Source: Gracilinanus agilis
Lineage: Eukaryota
DNA length: 64,000 bases
Assembly: GCF_016433145.1 (NCBI RefSeq)
Contig: NC_058131.1
Coordinates: 462,691,590-462,755,589, forward strand
Reading direction: 5' to 3'
The position numbers and the translations under genes are program-made. Position 1 is the first letter of the stretch. Each line of letters opens with the position of its first letter. Shown here piece after piece: positions 1 to 11,030 of this stretch. The notes below the pieces were generated by a model that was not told the origin of the DNA, made no database searches, and saw only the letters and a list, made by a program, of their open reading frames with translations.

Positions 1-19
1 ATGCAATTATGGAATGATA

Positions 20-1230
20 AGGGATCTAGGGACTCAGGGGAAGAGGATTATATAGATTTCAATTGGCTTCACAAGGGCTCAAGATGGGGAAGAAAGGAGA
101 AGGAGATGGACTAGGAGAGAACTGAGGACTGAAGTCTCAAAGGTCCCAGGTTTGGCCAAAGAGTAGAGTTCAATAATGGAAATCGGGGAAAAGTGGAGAG
201 CCATAGATTATGGTTCAATAAGGGGATTTCAGAATTCTTAAATATGGAGGTTTTACATTTGTGGGCAAATAGCAAGATAGAGGGTATGACAGTGAGAAAT
301 GAATAGGCTTGCAGGGTTGAGTGAGGGCAGGAGTTGGGAGAGGAAGGAAAAAGAGAAGGGAGTAGCCTGGAGTCTATAAACAGTTGCTTACAGAATTTCG
401 ATTGGATGGTAGAGATGAATGGTATGAACCTCAAAGGAGAAGTTACTGAATGACAGAGGTAGGGAAGTAGCAGTGGGGAACAAGGAGTATTCCAACTCCC
501 CTGCCTGAAAGAGTGAGCCAAGGAGAGTGAGTGAGGAGATAGCCAGTTCTGAAAAGTCAAGAGAGGCTGTATCATATAGGAAGGTGGTCAGAGGGAGCCA
601 GGTTTCAGTAATTGCTAATGATGGAAGAGGTAAGAGAAGGAAAGATTTAAGATGAAAGGTAATCCAGAAAAAGCAGAAAAGATCTGTTGTTACCAATGCA
701 GAGTGAAACAAGCAGAACTGAGAGAACACCATACACAATAAGAGCAATATTGGATGATGATTATCTGTGAAAGGTTGGCTACTCTCAGCAATGCACTTGG
801 ATCTGGGACAATCTTGATAGACTTATGAAGGAGAATGCTATCTACCTCCAGTGAAAGAACTGTTGAAGTCGTCTTTCACATCAGTATATCTTTGGTTTTA
901 TTTTATTTTGATTATATATGAATTTGCTCTTACAACTATGCTCAGTATTGGAAGTGTGTTTTGCATGACAATAAAAAATGAAAAAAAAAATGAGGGGAAA
1001 TCTGTTGTCTATTAAACAGGCATTCCCAGAAGGCACAGAAAAAGGGGAGGGTGGTGTTTCATAGGAACTTTGGGGTGGGAGGGTTAAGGGGGATGAGAAT
1101 CAGGGGCAAAAGATGATAGAAAATATTTGGATGATAACCAAAAGGGTTCGTAGCCACATGGACATTCAAGGTATGAGAATGATCATCTTTGAGTAGAAGG
1201 TACCAGTCCTCTTCCCAAGGGAGGCTGGAG
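20..1230 (-). mobile_element. Old L2 LINE fragment (endonuclease region), interrupted by an L1 3' piece at about 760-990
   Basis: Minus-strand ORF 388-747 contains LAITETWL and SFEVHTIHLYHPIEIL, typical of the L2 APE-type endonuclease. The plus strand is purine-rich, as expected for antisense L2. Ends approximate. Confidence 0.7.
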
Positions 1231-1295
1231 AAAAGTACAAGGGTAGCTAGGTGGCACAGTGGATAGAGAACCAGGCCCAGAGTCAGGAGGTTCTT

Positions 1296-1487
1296 TTTTT
1301 TTTTTTTTAAACTCTTAACTTCTGTGTATTGGCTCCTTGGTGGAAGAGTGGCAAGGGTGGGCAATGGGGGTCAAGTGACCTGCCCAGGGTCACACAGCTG
1401 GGAAGTGTCTGAGGCCGGATTTGAACCTAGGACCTCCCATCTCTAGGCCTGACTCTCAATCCACTGAGCTACCCAGCTGCCCCCCAA
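1296..1487 (-). mobile_element. Young tRNA-derived SINE (SINE-1 type) nested in an older MIR/MAR1-like SINE
   Basis: Poly-T on plus at 1291-1305; reverse complement of the GGGGGCAGCTGGGTAGCTCAGTGG head; 15-bp TSD agtcaggaggttctt at 1281-1295 and 1488-1502. Confidence 0.9.
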
Positions 1488-2495
1488 AGTCAGGAGGTTC
1501 TTAGTTTAAATCTGCCCTCAGACACTTCCTAGCTTGTGACCCTGGGAAAGTCTTTTAACCCCAATGACCTAGCCCTTACTACTCTTCTGTCTTGAAATGC
1601 ATATATAGAATTAGTTCTAAAACAGAAAGTAAAAATCGCCTAATTCACCTTTATATATTAGTTGGATAGATCACAAAACATATTAGACATATAGCACATT
1701 TCACTAAGGCATGTGACGTGTCCCACATGATATCCTTGTGAATAAAACGAAGAACTATTGGCTAGATCAAAGTATGGTTGGATAAGTTCATAGCTGGCCT
1801 AACAATCTGAATGTTGATTGATGATTCATAGGCAAGATTCCTGGGGCAATTAATTCTTTAGCCTGTTTTTGTTTAGCATTTTCATCAATTATTTGTATGT
1901 CAATCATATTTAGAGTTAGAAAGGATCCCAGACATCCTTTAGTCTGACTTTCTCATTTTATAAGTTGAGGAAATCAAGGGCCAACATCACATAAGATATA
2001 AGTGATGAGGACAAAATTTGACCTCAGGTCCTCTGATGCCAAATACAATACTCTTTCCTCTAATTTAACCCTTTCATTTTATAGGAAAGGAAACTGGAGC
2101 TTGAGCTCTTAAGTGATTTGCCCAAGGTCACATGGGAAGTAAGTAAAACAATTCAAACCTGGGGGTTTCTTACTCCAAAATCCAGTATATTCATTGGGTC
2201 ATATTGCCAAGTTTATTAAATCTTGGGATGATATAAAACTGGTATGGATAATTATGGAGAAAAACCAGAATCAATACCCATAAAACATTTTCACAGCATA
2301 GACATATGGAAAAAAACTAAGAAGATAAAATTTAATGGAGAAAAATGAAGTCTGGGTACTTTTGCTAAAAAATTAGTTGATAAGTCTATGACACACAAAT
2401 AATAGCTCTTGGAAAAAGAAACAGCTTTAGTTGACTTAAATTAGTCCAATATGATCAATGTGACTGTAATGTCAAAAAAGCTAACTTGATCTTAA

Positions 2496-2702
2496 GGCAG
2501 CTAAGTGGCACAATGGATAGAGAATTAGGCATAGAGGCAGGAGGACCTGAGTTAAAATCTGTCCTCAGACACTGTGTCACCCTGTTTGCCCCAGTTTCCT
2601 CATCTGTAAAAAGAGCTGGAGAAAGAAATGGCAAACCACTCCAGTATCTTTGCCAAGAAAAATGGGGTCACAAAGAGTTGGATAGAAGTAAAATGACTGA
2701 AC
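2496..2702 (+). mobile_element. MAR1-like CORE-SINE with RTE-derived tail
   Basis: tRNA-like head, core cagtttcctcatctgtaaaa, and tail ggagaa..aaatggcaaaccactccagtatctttgccaagaaaa. Related copies at about 12630-12860, 17770-18020, 23720-23840, 47620-47790 and 59080-59310. Confidence 0.75.
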
Positions 2703-2729
2703 ATTAATTCATGAATAAAAGCAGTGTGT

Positions 2730-3110
2730 AGGCACCAATACTGTCTAAGACTCTTCTTTGTTGGTCAGACACATTGGTTGGTCACAGGACTATGGGTGCC
2801 ACATGTCAAGAGGGACACTGACAAACTCATGGCCATCTCATGGGAAGCATGGCCAAAAGAATTGGAAATATGTAGTTTAGCAGAGAGTTATCATTATGGA
2901 CATGACAGGACATAATAACTGTCTTCAAATATTTGCAAGGTTTATACAAAAGAGAGATTAAACTTGTTTTATGATATTCAGAAATCAGAGCTAAGATCCA
3001 TGAATAGACCATGAAGTTCTTACTTTCTAGCACTAGGGAATGTCTAAAAATATTCTGCACTATCATTTAATAAGACACTTTAGACCCTTAGTTTATTTGT
3101 CTACTTGTCA
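2730..3110 (+). mobile_element. CR1/L3 LINE 3' fragment
   Basis: Decayed CR1-type text (tgggtgccacat..aagagggacactgacaaact; actgtcttcaaatatttgcaagg). Ends approximate. Confidence 0.55.
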
Positions 3111-3141
3111 AGAGTGATGAAGAGGTAATTCTTACATCAAG

Positions 3142-3355
3142 GAAGGGATTCTTAATCTTTTTTTTGTCACAAGCCTCCCTGGCAATCTGGTAAAGCCTAA
3201 AAACTCCTTCATAAAATAATATTTATAAATGAACAAAATACATAGCATTGTAAAGGAAACCAATTATGGTAAAATACAGCTATCAAAATATGTTTAAAAA
3301 ACAAAACAAAAAAAAAAAAAGAACAGGTACCTGGACCCCAGGTTAAGAATACCTG
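3142..3355. mobile_element. Non-autonomous hAT (Charlie-like) MITE
   Basis: Degenerate TIRs aagggattcttaatct and aggttaagaatacctg. The interior resembles the 61035-61226 copy in the opposite orientation. Confidence 0.55.
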
Positions 3356-3529
3356 AACCAGGATAAGTTCCCAATTCTACGATCAAAGTCTGCTTATCAG
3401 TGTCAATTTCAAAACATGCCTAATTTCTCCCCAGGAACTATATGAACACAATTACAAGACAATTTTCATATAAATAAAGTCAATTCTAAATGACTAGAAA
3501 AACGTTAATTGCTCATGGTTAGGTTGAAC

Positions 3530-4879
3530 CAATATAATAAATGACAATTCTACCTAAATTAATTTACCTATTCAGTGTCATATCAATTGAAATAGCAAAA
3601 TGATTATTTCATAGTTAGGAAATAATACTCATCTGGAAGAACAAAAGACCAAGAATATGAAGAGAATTAATGGAAAAAATATCAAGGAATTGGCCTAGCT
3701 GTACCAGATCTCAAATTGTATGATAAAGCAGCAGTCATCAAAACACTCTGAGACTGGCTAAGAAATAGAATAGTTGATCAATAGAATAGATTAAGCACTC
3801 AACACACAGTAGTAAATTACCATTATAATCTACCTAGTATTTGGCAAATCCAAAGATCCAACTTTTGGAAGAACTCACTATTTAACAAAAACTGCTGGGA
3901 AAACTCAAAAACAGTATGGCAGAAACTAGGCACAGACCAACATCTCATGTCATACAAGAAGATAAAATCAAAATGGATACAGGTTTTGGAAATAAAGGGT
4001 AATACCATAAAAAAAATTAAGGAAGCACAAAATCATTTACCTATATGGGGAAAATTTATGACAAAACAAGACAGAGAGAGCATTATGAAATGTAAAGTAG
4101 ATACCTTTGACTGTGTTAAGTTTAAAAGTTTTTGCACAAACAAAACCAATATGACCAAGATCAGAAGGGAAACAAAAAACCTGGAAAAACATTTTATAGA
4201 AAGTATCTCTGACAAAGGCCTCAAAAATATAAAGAGAATGGAGTCAAATTTATAAGCATACAAATTACTCCCCAACTGATAAATGGTCAAAAGATATGAA
4301 CAGGCAGTTCTCAACTAAAGAAATTAACTATCTTTAGTCATATAAAAAATGTTCCAAACCACTATTGGAGAAATGCAAAGTAAAACAACTCTGAGATACC
4401 ATTAAATCATACCTATGAGGCTACTAGCTAGTATGACAAAAAAGGAAAATGATAAATATTAAAGACTTGGGAAAATTGGGACACTAATACATTGCTGCTC
4501 ACACTGTGAACTAATCTAACCATTCTGGAGAGCAATTTGGAATCATGTCCAAAGGCCATAAAACTGTGCAGACCTTGGGGCAGCTGAGCAGCTCAGTAAA
4601 TTGAGAGTCAGGCCTACAGAGAAGAGGTCCTGGGCTCAAATCTGGTTTCAGAACCTAACTGTGTGACCCTGGGCAAGTCACTTAATCCCTATTGCCTACC
4701 CCTTACCATTCTTCCTTGTAACTAAATATACAGAATTAATTCCAAGATGGAAGATAAGGGTTTTAAGGGGGGAGAAATTATGCATACCCTTTGATCCAGC
4801 ATTACCACTACTACATCTGTATTCCAAAAGAAATCAAAGATAGAACCTACTTGTACAAAAATATTTGTACAAAAATAGC

Positions 4880-4925
<46 letters not shown>

Positions 4926-5460
4926 TAGCAAAGAATTGGAAACTCTAGGGAAGTCCATCAACTGAGGAATGGCTGAACAAGTTGTGCTATATGATTGTGA
5001 TGGAATACTATTGTGCCATAAGAAATGACGAACAGGACAATCACAAAAAACCTGGAAAGACACATGAAGTAATGCAGAATGAAGTGAGCAGAACCAGAAG
5101 AACAATGTACACAGTAACAATAAAGTATAATGATCATCTGTGAATGGCTTAACCATTATCAGCAATGCAAGGATCCAAGATAACTCCAAGGGAACCATGA
5201 TAAAAAAGATTATCCACCACCTCAGAAGGAACTGATAGAATTTGAATGCAGATGAAAGCATATTATTTTTCACTTTTTTTCCTTCACGAGATTTTTCTTA
5301 TATGTGATATGTGTCTTCTTTCACAAGATAATGAACATGGAAATATGTACTGCATGATAACACGTGTATTAACTTATATTACTTACCTGCCATCTTGAGG
5401 AGGGGATAGGGGAAGAGAAAGAGGGAGAAAACATGAATTGCAAAATGTCATAAAATGATA
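3530..5460 (+). mobile_element. L1 ORF2 3' region and 3' UTR (degenerate), interrupted by a SINE at about 4578-4770 and a TG repeat
   Basis: ORF 3947-4255 (KIKSKWI, FDCVKFKSFCTNK, SDKGL) matches L1 ORF2 C-terminal motifs. Typical L1 tail gaagtgagcagaaccagaagaacaatgtacacag. Confidence 0.85.
4881..4924. repeat. (TG)22 microsatellite
   Basis: Direct reading. Confidence 0.95.
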
Positions 5461-6539
5461 ATTAGGGGCTGCTAAGTGGCTCAGTGGATTAAGAGTCAGG
5501 CCCAGAGGCAAAGGGTCCTGCTCTTAAATCTGGCTTCAGACACTTCCTAGCTATGTGGTCCTGGACAAGTCATTTAACCCCCATTGTCTAGCCCTTACTG
5601 CTTGATTCCAAGATGGAAGGTAAGAGTTTAAAAAAATTATTTAAAACAATATCCAAATATAATTAGAAATATAGAATTTTTTAAAATATGCATTATTTCT
5701 CCAAAAGATATCCAGAAAATCAACTCAACAGCAATAGCACACTGGATGGCTTTAGCTCTTTATGGGATAATTCTACTTGTTATAATATCTGCATTAGTTC
5801 TGAATACACTGACATGAAATATAATCCTCAATTGAGTTGTATATTTGAAGTACTTTAATTGGAGCTGCAACCAGAAATTTTTTATTAATCTGATCCTTTA
5901 CAAATCTTTCCTCAGTTCCACATTTAGTTATCAATAAATGCTTTTTAAAATTCCTTAACAAGCATGTAAAAGGTTTACATTGTCAAAGCATTTTGTATCT
6001 AGGAAGTGAGCACATCCAAGACTCCTAGAACACGAACATCATTAGTCTGTCAAGGAGACTCTGACCCGAAGCCTCAGGGTCAAACAGTGAAATTGCTGGC
6101 TTTAACTCTCCTACTTACAAAATGTCTTAACTCATGGGAACACAACATTAAGTACACTGCCTAAAGTGGTCATTGGTTTGGTATTAAGTATCCTGAGAAG
6201 TAACAAATATTTTTTTTGGCTCAGAATATTGTTTTTTGCTATGGCTATTCATCTTTAGGTATTTTGGCAGGCTTTTTATGCAGTTCATAAATCCTTTAGA
6301 AAGAAATTTCTGAAGGTAGTTGTTTGGAAAAAGAAAACACGAACATACAAATAAATCACAATAGACTCAGGGAAGGTAGTGCGGTTTGTTAACAAACTGC
6401 CCCTCTCAATTATTAACTGTCTTAAGATTCACATGGTTCCCCCATGTCAAATTGACCCATTTATAATATAAGCACTCTCCACGTTCTATGAAGATATTTG
6501 GGGCAATAACAAGGAAGAAATAGATTGATTTCTACTCAC

Positions 6540-6638
6540 GCCATGTAGTTTTTGGGCTTCTTTCCCAATGAAAGTTTTTCCAGATAGTGAGATAAGTAGT
6601 ATAACAAGGCCATGAGGAAATCGTCAAGACTCTTATTC
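6540..6638 (-). CDS. PPP1R36: PPP1R36 internal coding exon, 99 nt, phase 2-2 ([32 protein letters not shown])
   Basis: Acceptor tttcctctgtag and donor gtgagt. The peptide matches the mammalian PPP1R36 segment [21 protein letters not shown]. It is the last PPP1R36 exon found; downstream exons probably lie left of the window. Confidence 0.92.
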
Positions 6639-6668
6639 CTACAGAGGAAATAAAAAATTACCACTGTT

Positions 6669-6859
6669 GGGGGCAGCTGGGCAGCTCAGTGGATTGAGAG
6701 CCAGGCCTAGAGACAGGAGGTCCTTGGTTCATTCAAATCTGGCCTCAGATACTTCCCAGCTGTGTGACCCTGGGCAAGTCACTTGACCCCCATTGCCCAC
6801 CCTTACCAATCTTCCACCTATGAGACAATACACCGAAGTACAAGGGTTTAAAAAAAAAA
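6669..6859 (+). mobile_element. Young SINE-1-type element
   Basis: B box ggttcattcaaatc (with a small duplication), poly-A tail, 16-bp TSD aaaaaattaccactgt (6652-6667 and 6854-6869). Confidence 0.92.
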
Positions 6860-7450
6860 TTACCACTGTCAAACATTTGGGGTGCAAAAATTCCTAACGA
6901 CAAAACCTCTTGCTAGGATACAACATGGATGCAACATGGATAAAAAATATAGGAACAAAAAGAACCCATGTCATTGCCCTATTTTTAGTGCAGATTGATA
7001 TCAGTCTATAAAGTAGATTTTATGAGTATAATGACTTAGGTAGAGCTAATAAGTTTGGGGAGTAGGATTTAAATCCAGGACTTCCTAACTGCAGTCCTAG
7101 CACTCTGCCATCTGTTACACTGTTGTATGCCTCTGTGACTAATTAATCTCTTGTAATCTTAAATTCAGTAATGGTAGACAAGATAGATTTATAAAGCAAA
7201 ACATTTTTGAGAAGAAGTACCAAATGCTAAATTATTTGCAGCCTCCCTCATTAGTCTTTAACCATAAATCAACTTAACCCATGATCTATATAATATATCC
7301 TGTTTCGGATTTCTGACTTTTCTTCCCTTCACTGAATTTCAAATGTGTATACAGGCCATTCCTACCATTTTGCCATATAATCAAAGATGTATATGTGAAT
7401 TCTAAGCAAGAACAAAAAATATAAACTTCATATTTATTAAAACAGATATA

Positions 7451-7640
7451 GGGGGGGCAGCTGGGTAGCTCAGTGGAGTGAGAGTCAGGCCTAGAGACAG
7501 GAGGTCCTAGGTTCAAACCCGGCCTCAGCCATTTCCCAGCTGTGTGACCCTGGGCAAGTCACTTGACCCCCATTGCCCACCCTTACCAATCTTCCACCTA
7601 TGAGTCAATACACCGAAGTACAAGGGTTTAAAAAAAAAAA
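7451..7640 (+). mobile_element. Young SINE-1-type element
   Basis: A box TAGCTCAGTGG, B box GGTTCAAACCC, poly-A tail, TSD aaaacagatatagg. Confidence 0.93.
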
Positions 7641-7780
7641 CAGATATAGGATCATAGATTTAAATCAGAAAGGACCTTAGACAGAAGGCATCAAATTCAG
7701 CCCCTTTTATTATAGAGAAGAGGAGACTGAGGACAAAAGAGTTTAAGTGACTTGCCCAGGGTCACATATTGGTAAAGCTG

Positions 7781-7976
7781 TTTTTTTTTTTTTTTTTTTT
7801 AAACCCTTGTACTTTGGTGTATTGTCTCATAGGTGGAAGATTGGTAAGGGTGGGCAATGGGGGTCAAGTGACTTGCCCAGGGTCACACAGCTGGGAAGTG
7901 GCTGAGGCCGGGTTTGAACCTAGGACCTCCTGTCTCTAGGCCTGACTCTCACTCCACTGAGCTACCCAGCTGCCCC
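7781..7976 (-). mobile_element. Young SINE-1-type element inserted in a MIR-like SINE
   Basis: 20-nt poly-T on plus; its reverse complement is almost identical to the 7451-7640 copy. Confidence 0.93.
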
Positions 7977-9137
7977 GCTGGTTTTTAATCTAGGTTTTCC
8001 TCTCTCCAGGTCCAGGGCCCTAATAACATTATACCATGTATTACTACATTAACATAAAAACAAGAATATATTTGGCCAACATTTACATTAAGGCCTTGGT
8101 GGTACAACTCGAAATTCTGGGGAGCAAAGAAAAATTTCCGAAATGACCCTCTACCATTTAGTCAATGTAAAATAAGCAGTTCATCAGCCCAACTGCAACT
8201 GGGGAGTGTTTTTCAAATATAATTTCCTGAATTTCAAATACCTGAAAAGTATTTATACTATGGAGAGAGAAAAAGGAGACAGCTAGCAATTTCCTGAATT
8301 TTCTCTAATTTTCTATAGGAAGTTGCCAACCGAAGATTACTAATGCTAATTAATGTATGCTGGGGGATAATGTACAATTTCATCCCATACAATACTAATA
8401 ATCAATTATTTATCACTTTAAGATTAATAAGAAGTATAAATATATCACTATTGAAAACAGAAGAAAAGTGAGATTCTTAGAGATTCAGTTGCTTGCAAGC
8501 ACTGGTGCCAGAATTCAGATCTAGTTCTACTGATTTCCAGCAGAACCATCTTTTCAATGCATTAAGCTCCTTTCACCTTTGTTGTCCATTGCTTTGTTCT
8601 ATTAATCACTTTATTTTATATATATTGTGGGAGGTAGTTGAGGGGAGGGAATTGTCAGTAGAGAACATTTCCTTAAGTAAAGTGTAAATACAATTTACAC
8701 TTAAGTAGAGCTCTAAAGAAATTTTTTATTGTGTAGTCAACATGCAAGTTAGAGACCCTGATCCTCAATAAGCAATTAGGTTTCCTCTGGCATTAGCAGA
8801 AGTGAGCAACATGTTTAAAAAGAATCTTTTATGGTGCCTTAGCAACATATTCTAACACTCTGTAAACATTCCTTTTCAAATAATCAGAATTTACAGCAAC
8901 AGAAATCTTGTTTTCAATTTTTAGTATCTTCTTTCTCTGGGCATAACAGGGGCTATTGGGCCCAAATTATAAGGAGGAAGTTAGCTCTCCCTTCAAAAAT
9001 CATAGGATCATAGATTTAGAGCTTGAAGGGACCTTAGAAGTCATCAAGAGTCCAACCTCTTCATTAAGTACAATTTCCTTTTTCATGAACCTTTCCATTA
9101 CTTATCTATATGGATTATTCCAGACATTACCACATAC

Positions 9138-9204
9138 TTCATAAATGTTGTAAAGGAATAGATCCGCTGCATTTCAGTGTCTTGTAATAAAAACAAGGCA
9201 ACAT
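9138..9204 (-). CDS. PPP1R36: PPP1R36 internal coding exon, 67 nt, phase 1-2 (VALFLLQDTEMQRIYSFTTFM)
   Basis: Acceptor ttcttcattttcag and donor gtatgt. Matches the PPP1R36 motif LQDTEMQRICSFTTFM. Separated from the previous exon by a 95-nt intron. Confidence 0.93.
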
Positions 9205-9299
9205 CTGAAAATGAAGAAGAGGAAAAGCTGAAGACCAGACAAAAAGTTGTGTTCTAGGCAACAGCTACAAAGACGAAAGAGGCAAAGATGTTTACTCAC

Positions 9300-9397
9300 A
9301 TTTAACATCATCCAGGGTAACCTTGTCATTCTTTCTACGTTTATCAGTTCCTCTGGTTGATTTCACATCTCTTTTAGCAAATCTTTTCTCAGAAAGT
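9300..9397 (-). CDS. PPP1R36: PPP1R36 internal coding exon, 98 nt, phase 2-1 (LSEKRFAKRDVKSTRGTDKRRKNDKVTLDDVK)
   Basis: Acceptor tattactag and donor gtgagt. Ends in the conserved TLDDVK and is frame-compatible with both neighbours. Confidence 0.92.
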
Positions 9398-9483
9398 CTA
9401 GTAATATTCAATGTAAATGTTTAGAAATGTTTTAACTATACTGAAACTGTCCTGAAGAAATACAGGTGTGAGTAGTGATGAGC

Positions 9484-9486
<3 letters not shown>

Positions 9487-9520
<34 letters not shown>
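9487..9520. repeat. (TG)17 microsatellite
   Basis: Direct reading. Confidence 0.95.
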
Positions 9521-9523
<3 letters not shown>

Positions 9524-10086
9524 CTTCATAACTGAAGGACAGCAAGGAAAATAATAGGACTAGTCCAGCTTCCATATAGGATACTCTCCTTCTTCAGGCC
9601 CTGAATGCCACACAAGTTCAGTAATCTTTGGATTTATGCTATATCTTCTGTCCAGTCTCTCTGGAGAACTAGAATTCCTTTAGGATAGATCCATCATTGT
9701 CATCACCACCACCACCATCAACATCATCTTTGTTCCTCTGTCTATTACTAGAGATCAGTCAAGTGTTAAACATAACTTTAAAAAAACTAAATCCAGAGCA
9801 GAAGTGAACAGTAATAATAATCTCACACTTATATGACCCTTTAAGACTTACAAGTTACTTTCTTGATAACAACCCTGTGAAGCAGGAAGTACAAGTTTTA
9901 TCACCCCTATTTTGCAGATGGATTCAGAGAGAAGTGATTTTCCCAAGTTCAAATAGTGTCAGAGCCAGGATCTGAATCCAGGTCTCCTTGACTCCAAGTC
10001 TAAATCTCTTTTCACTATGCCTCTAAAAACAATGAAAACAAGGTACACAGAGTTTAGGTTATAAGTTAGAGTGTTCTGAAGAGTCA

Positions 10087-10600
10087 ATATGGTGGAGTAG
10101 AGGGAGTATTCCAGCTGAACTCTCCCAATATTCTCCTCCAAACAACTTTTAAAATGCATCAAATCAAATTCTGGAGCAATATAGCCTCCCCCAAATTGAA
10201 GTGATACATTTTTCTAACATAAAACAATTTAAGAGGTTGGCAGGAGAGGTCTATAACATTGGGGTGGGGGTTGACCTGGAGTGTGCATGGTGGCAGCACC
10301 AGCTGGCAGTCTTAGAGGCTGCAGCAGCAAGGAGATTGGACAACTGTTCAGAAAGAGATTACAGGGCACACTGGTCAAAGGACTGGGTGCCACTTAGAAA
10401 CTCCACTGCCCATTACCCAGGCTGCAGTTCCAAGGTGGAGAGGAGTGCTAGCAGTCACAAGGAAGCAGGGGCTCTTCCTAGGCAGAGCAGTGACCATACC
10501 TCTCCCAAGGTCACTCTACCTTAGAAGCACTGAAAATTAACAGACCCAGAGAACTAGCTGTGAAAACAGCAAGGCAAAGAAGCCTGAAGCTTATGACAGT
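10087..10600 (+). mobile_element. Old L1-type 5' UTR fragment
   Basis: Starts with a caatatggtggagtagagggagt..agctgaactctcccaa motif typical of marsupial L1 5' ends. Ends approximate. Confidence 0.5.
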
Positions 10601-10943
10601 ATCTCACCTCCCCACCACTTGCACTCAGTCCATCTGATACATAAAGCACTTGCTAATTTATATTTTAAAAGTAGATGTCAATCTACTGTCAAAATGTCAA
10701 AAAAAAAAGTTGTCAATAATTTTTAAGAATGGAAAATCTCAACAACAGCCCCCATTAGCCAATTTCCAAAATGGGCTCCCTCCCTTAACTGCCGGAACAA
10801 ATTTAAGTAAATGGTAAATATTAGTTCTTTGGTACTTTTATGTCAGTGGTGATGAAGATAATAGTTTCTTGAACTTGCAAGGGTTTAAAATAATTCTAAA
10901 AGTTACTAAAGAAATGTTCTAATTGTAAAATGAAATAAAGTAC

Positions 10944-11030
10944 CTTTCTGAGGTTGTGCCATCATTTTCAGCAAAGTGAATTATTTTGCCCCTCTTGGGC
11001 TTCTCTTTGATTTCTGCCAAAGGCATAGGA
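10944..11030 (-). CDS. PPP1R36: PPP1R36 internal coding exon, 87 nt, phase 2-2, carrying the PP1-docking RVxF motif KIIHF (10973-10987)
   Basis: Acceptor tcttttacag and donor gtactt. PMPLAEIKEKPKRGKIIHFAENDGTTSE matches mammalian PAAEVKEKGKKGKAVHFAETDG. Confidence 0.93.

Noticed and set aside
111-575. 154-aa minus-strand ORF and the many 60-100 aa ORFs in intergenic/intronic DNA
   Set aside because: They map to L2, L1, RTE, CR1, SINE or MITE remnants or to low-complexity sequence; no splice or homology support.
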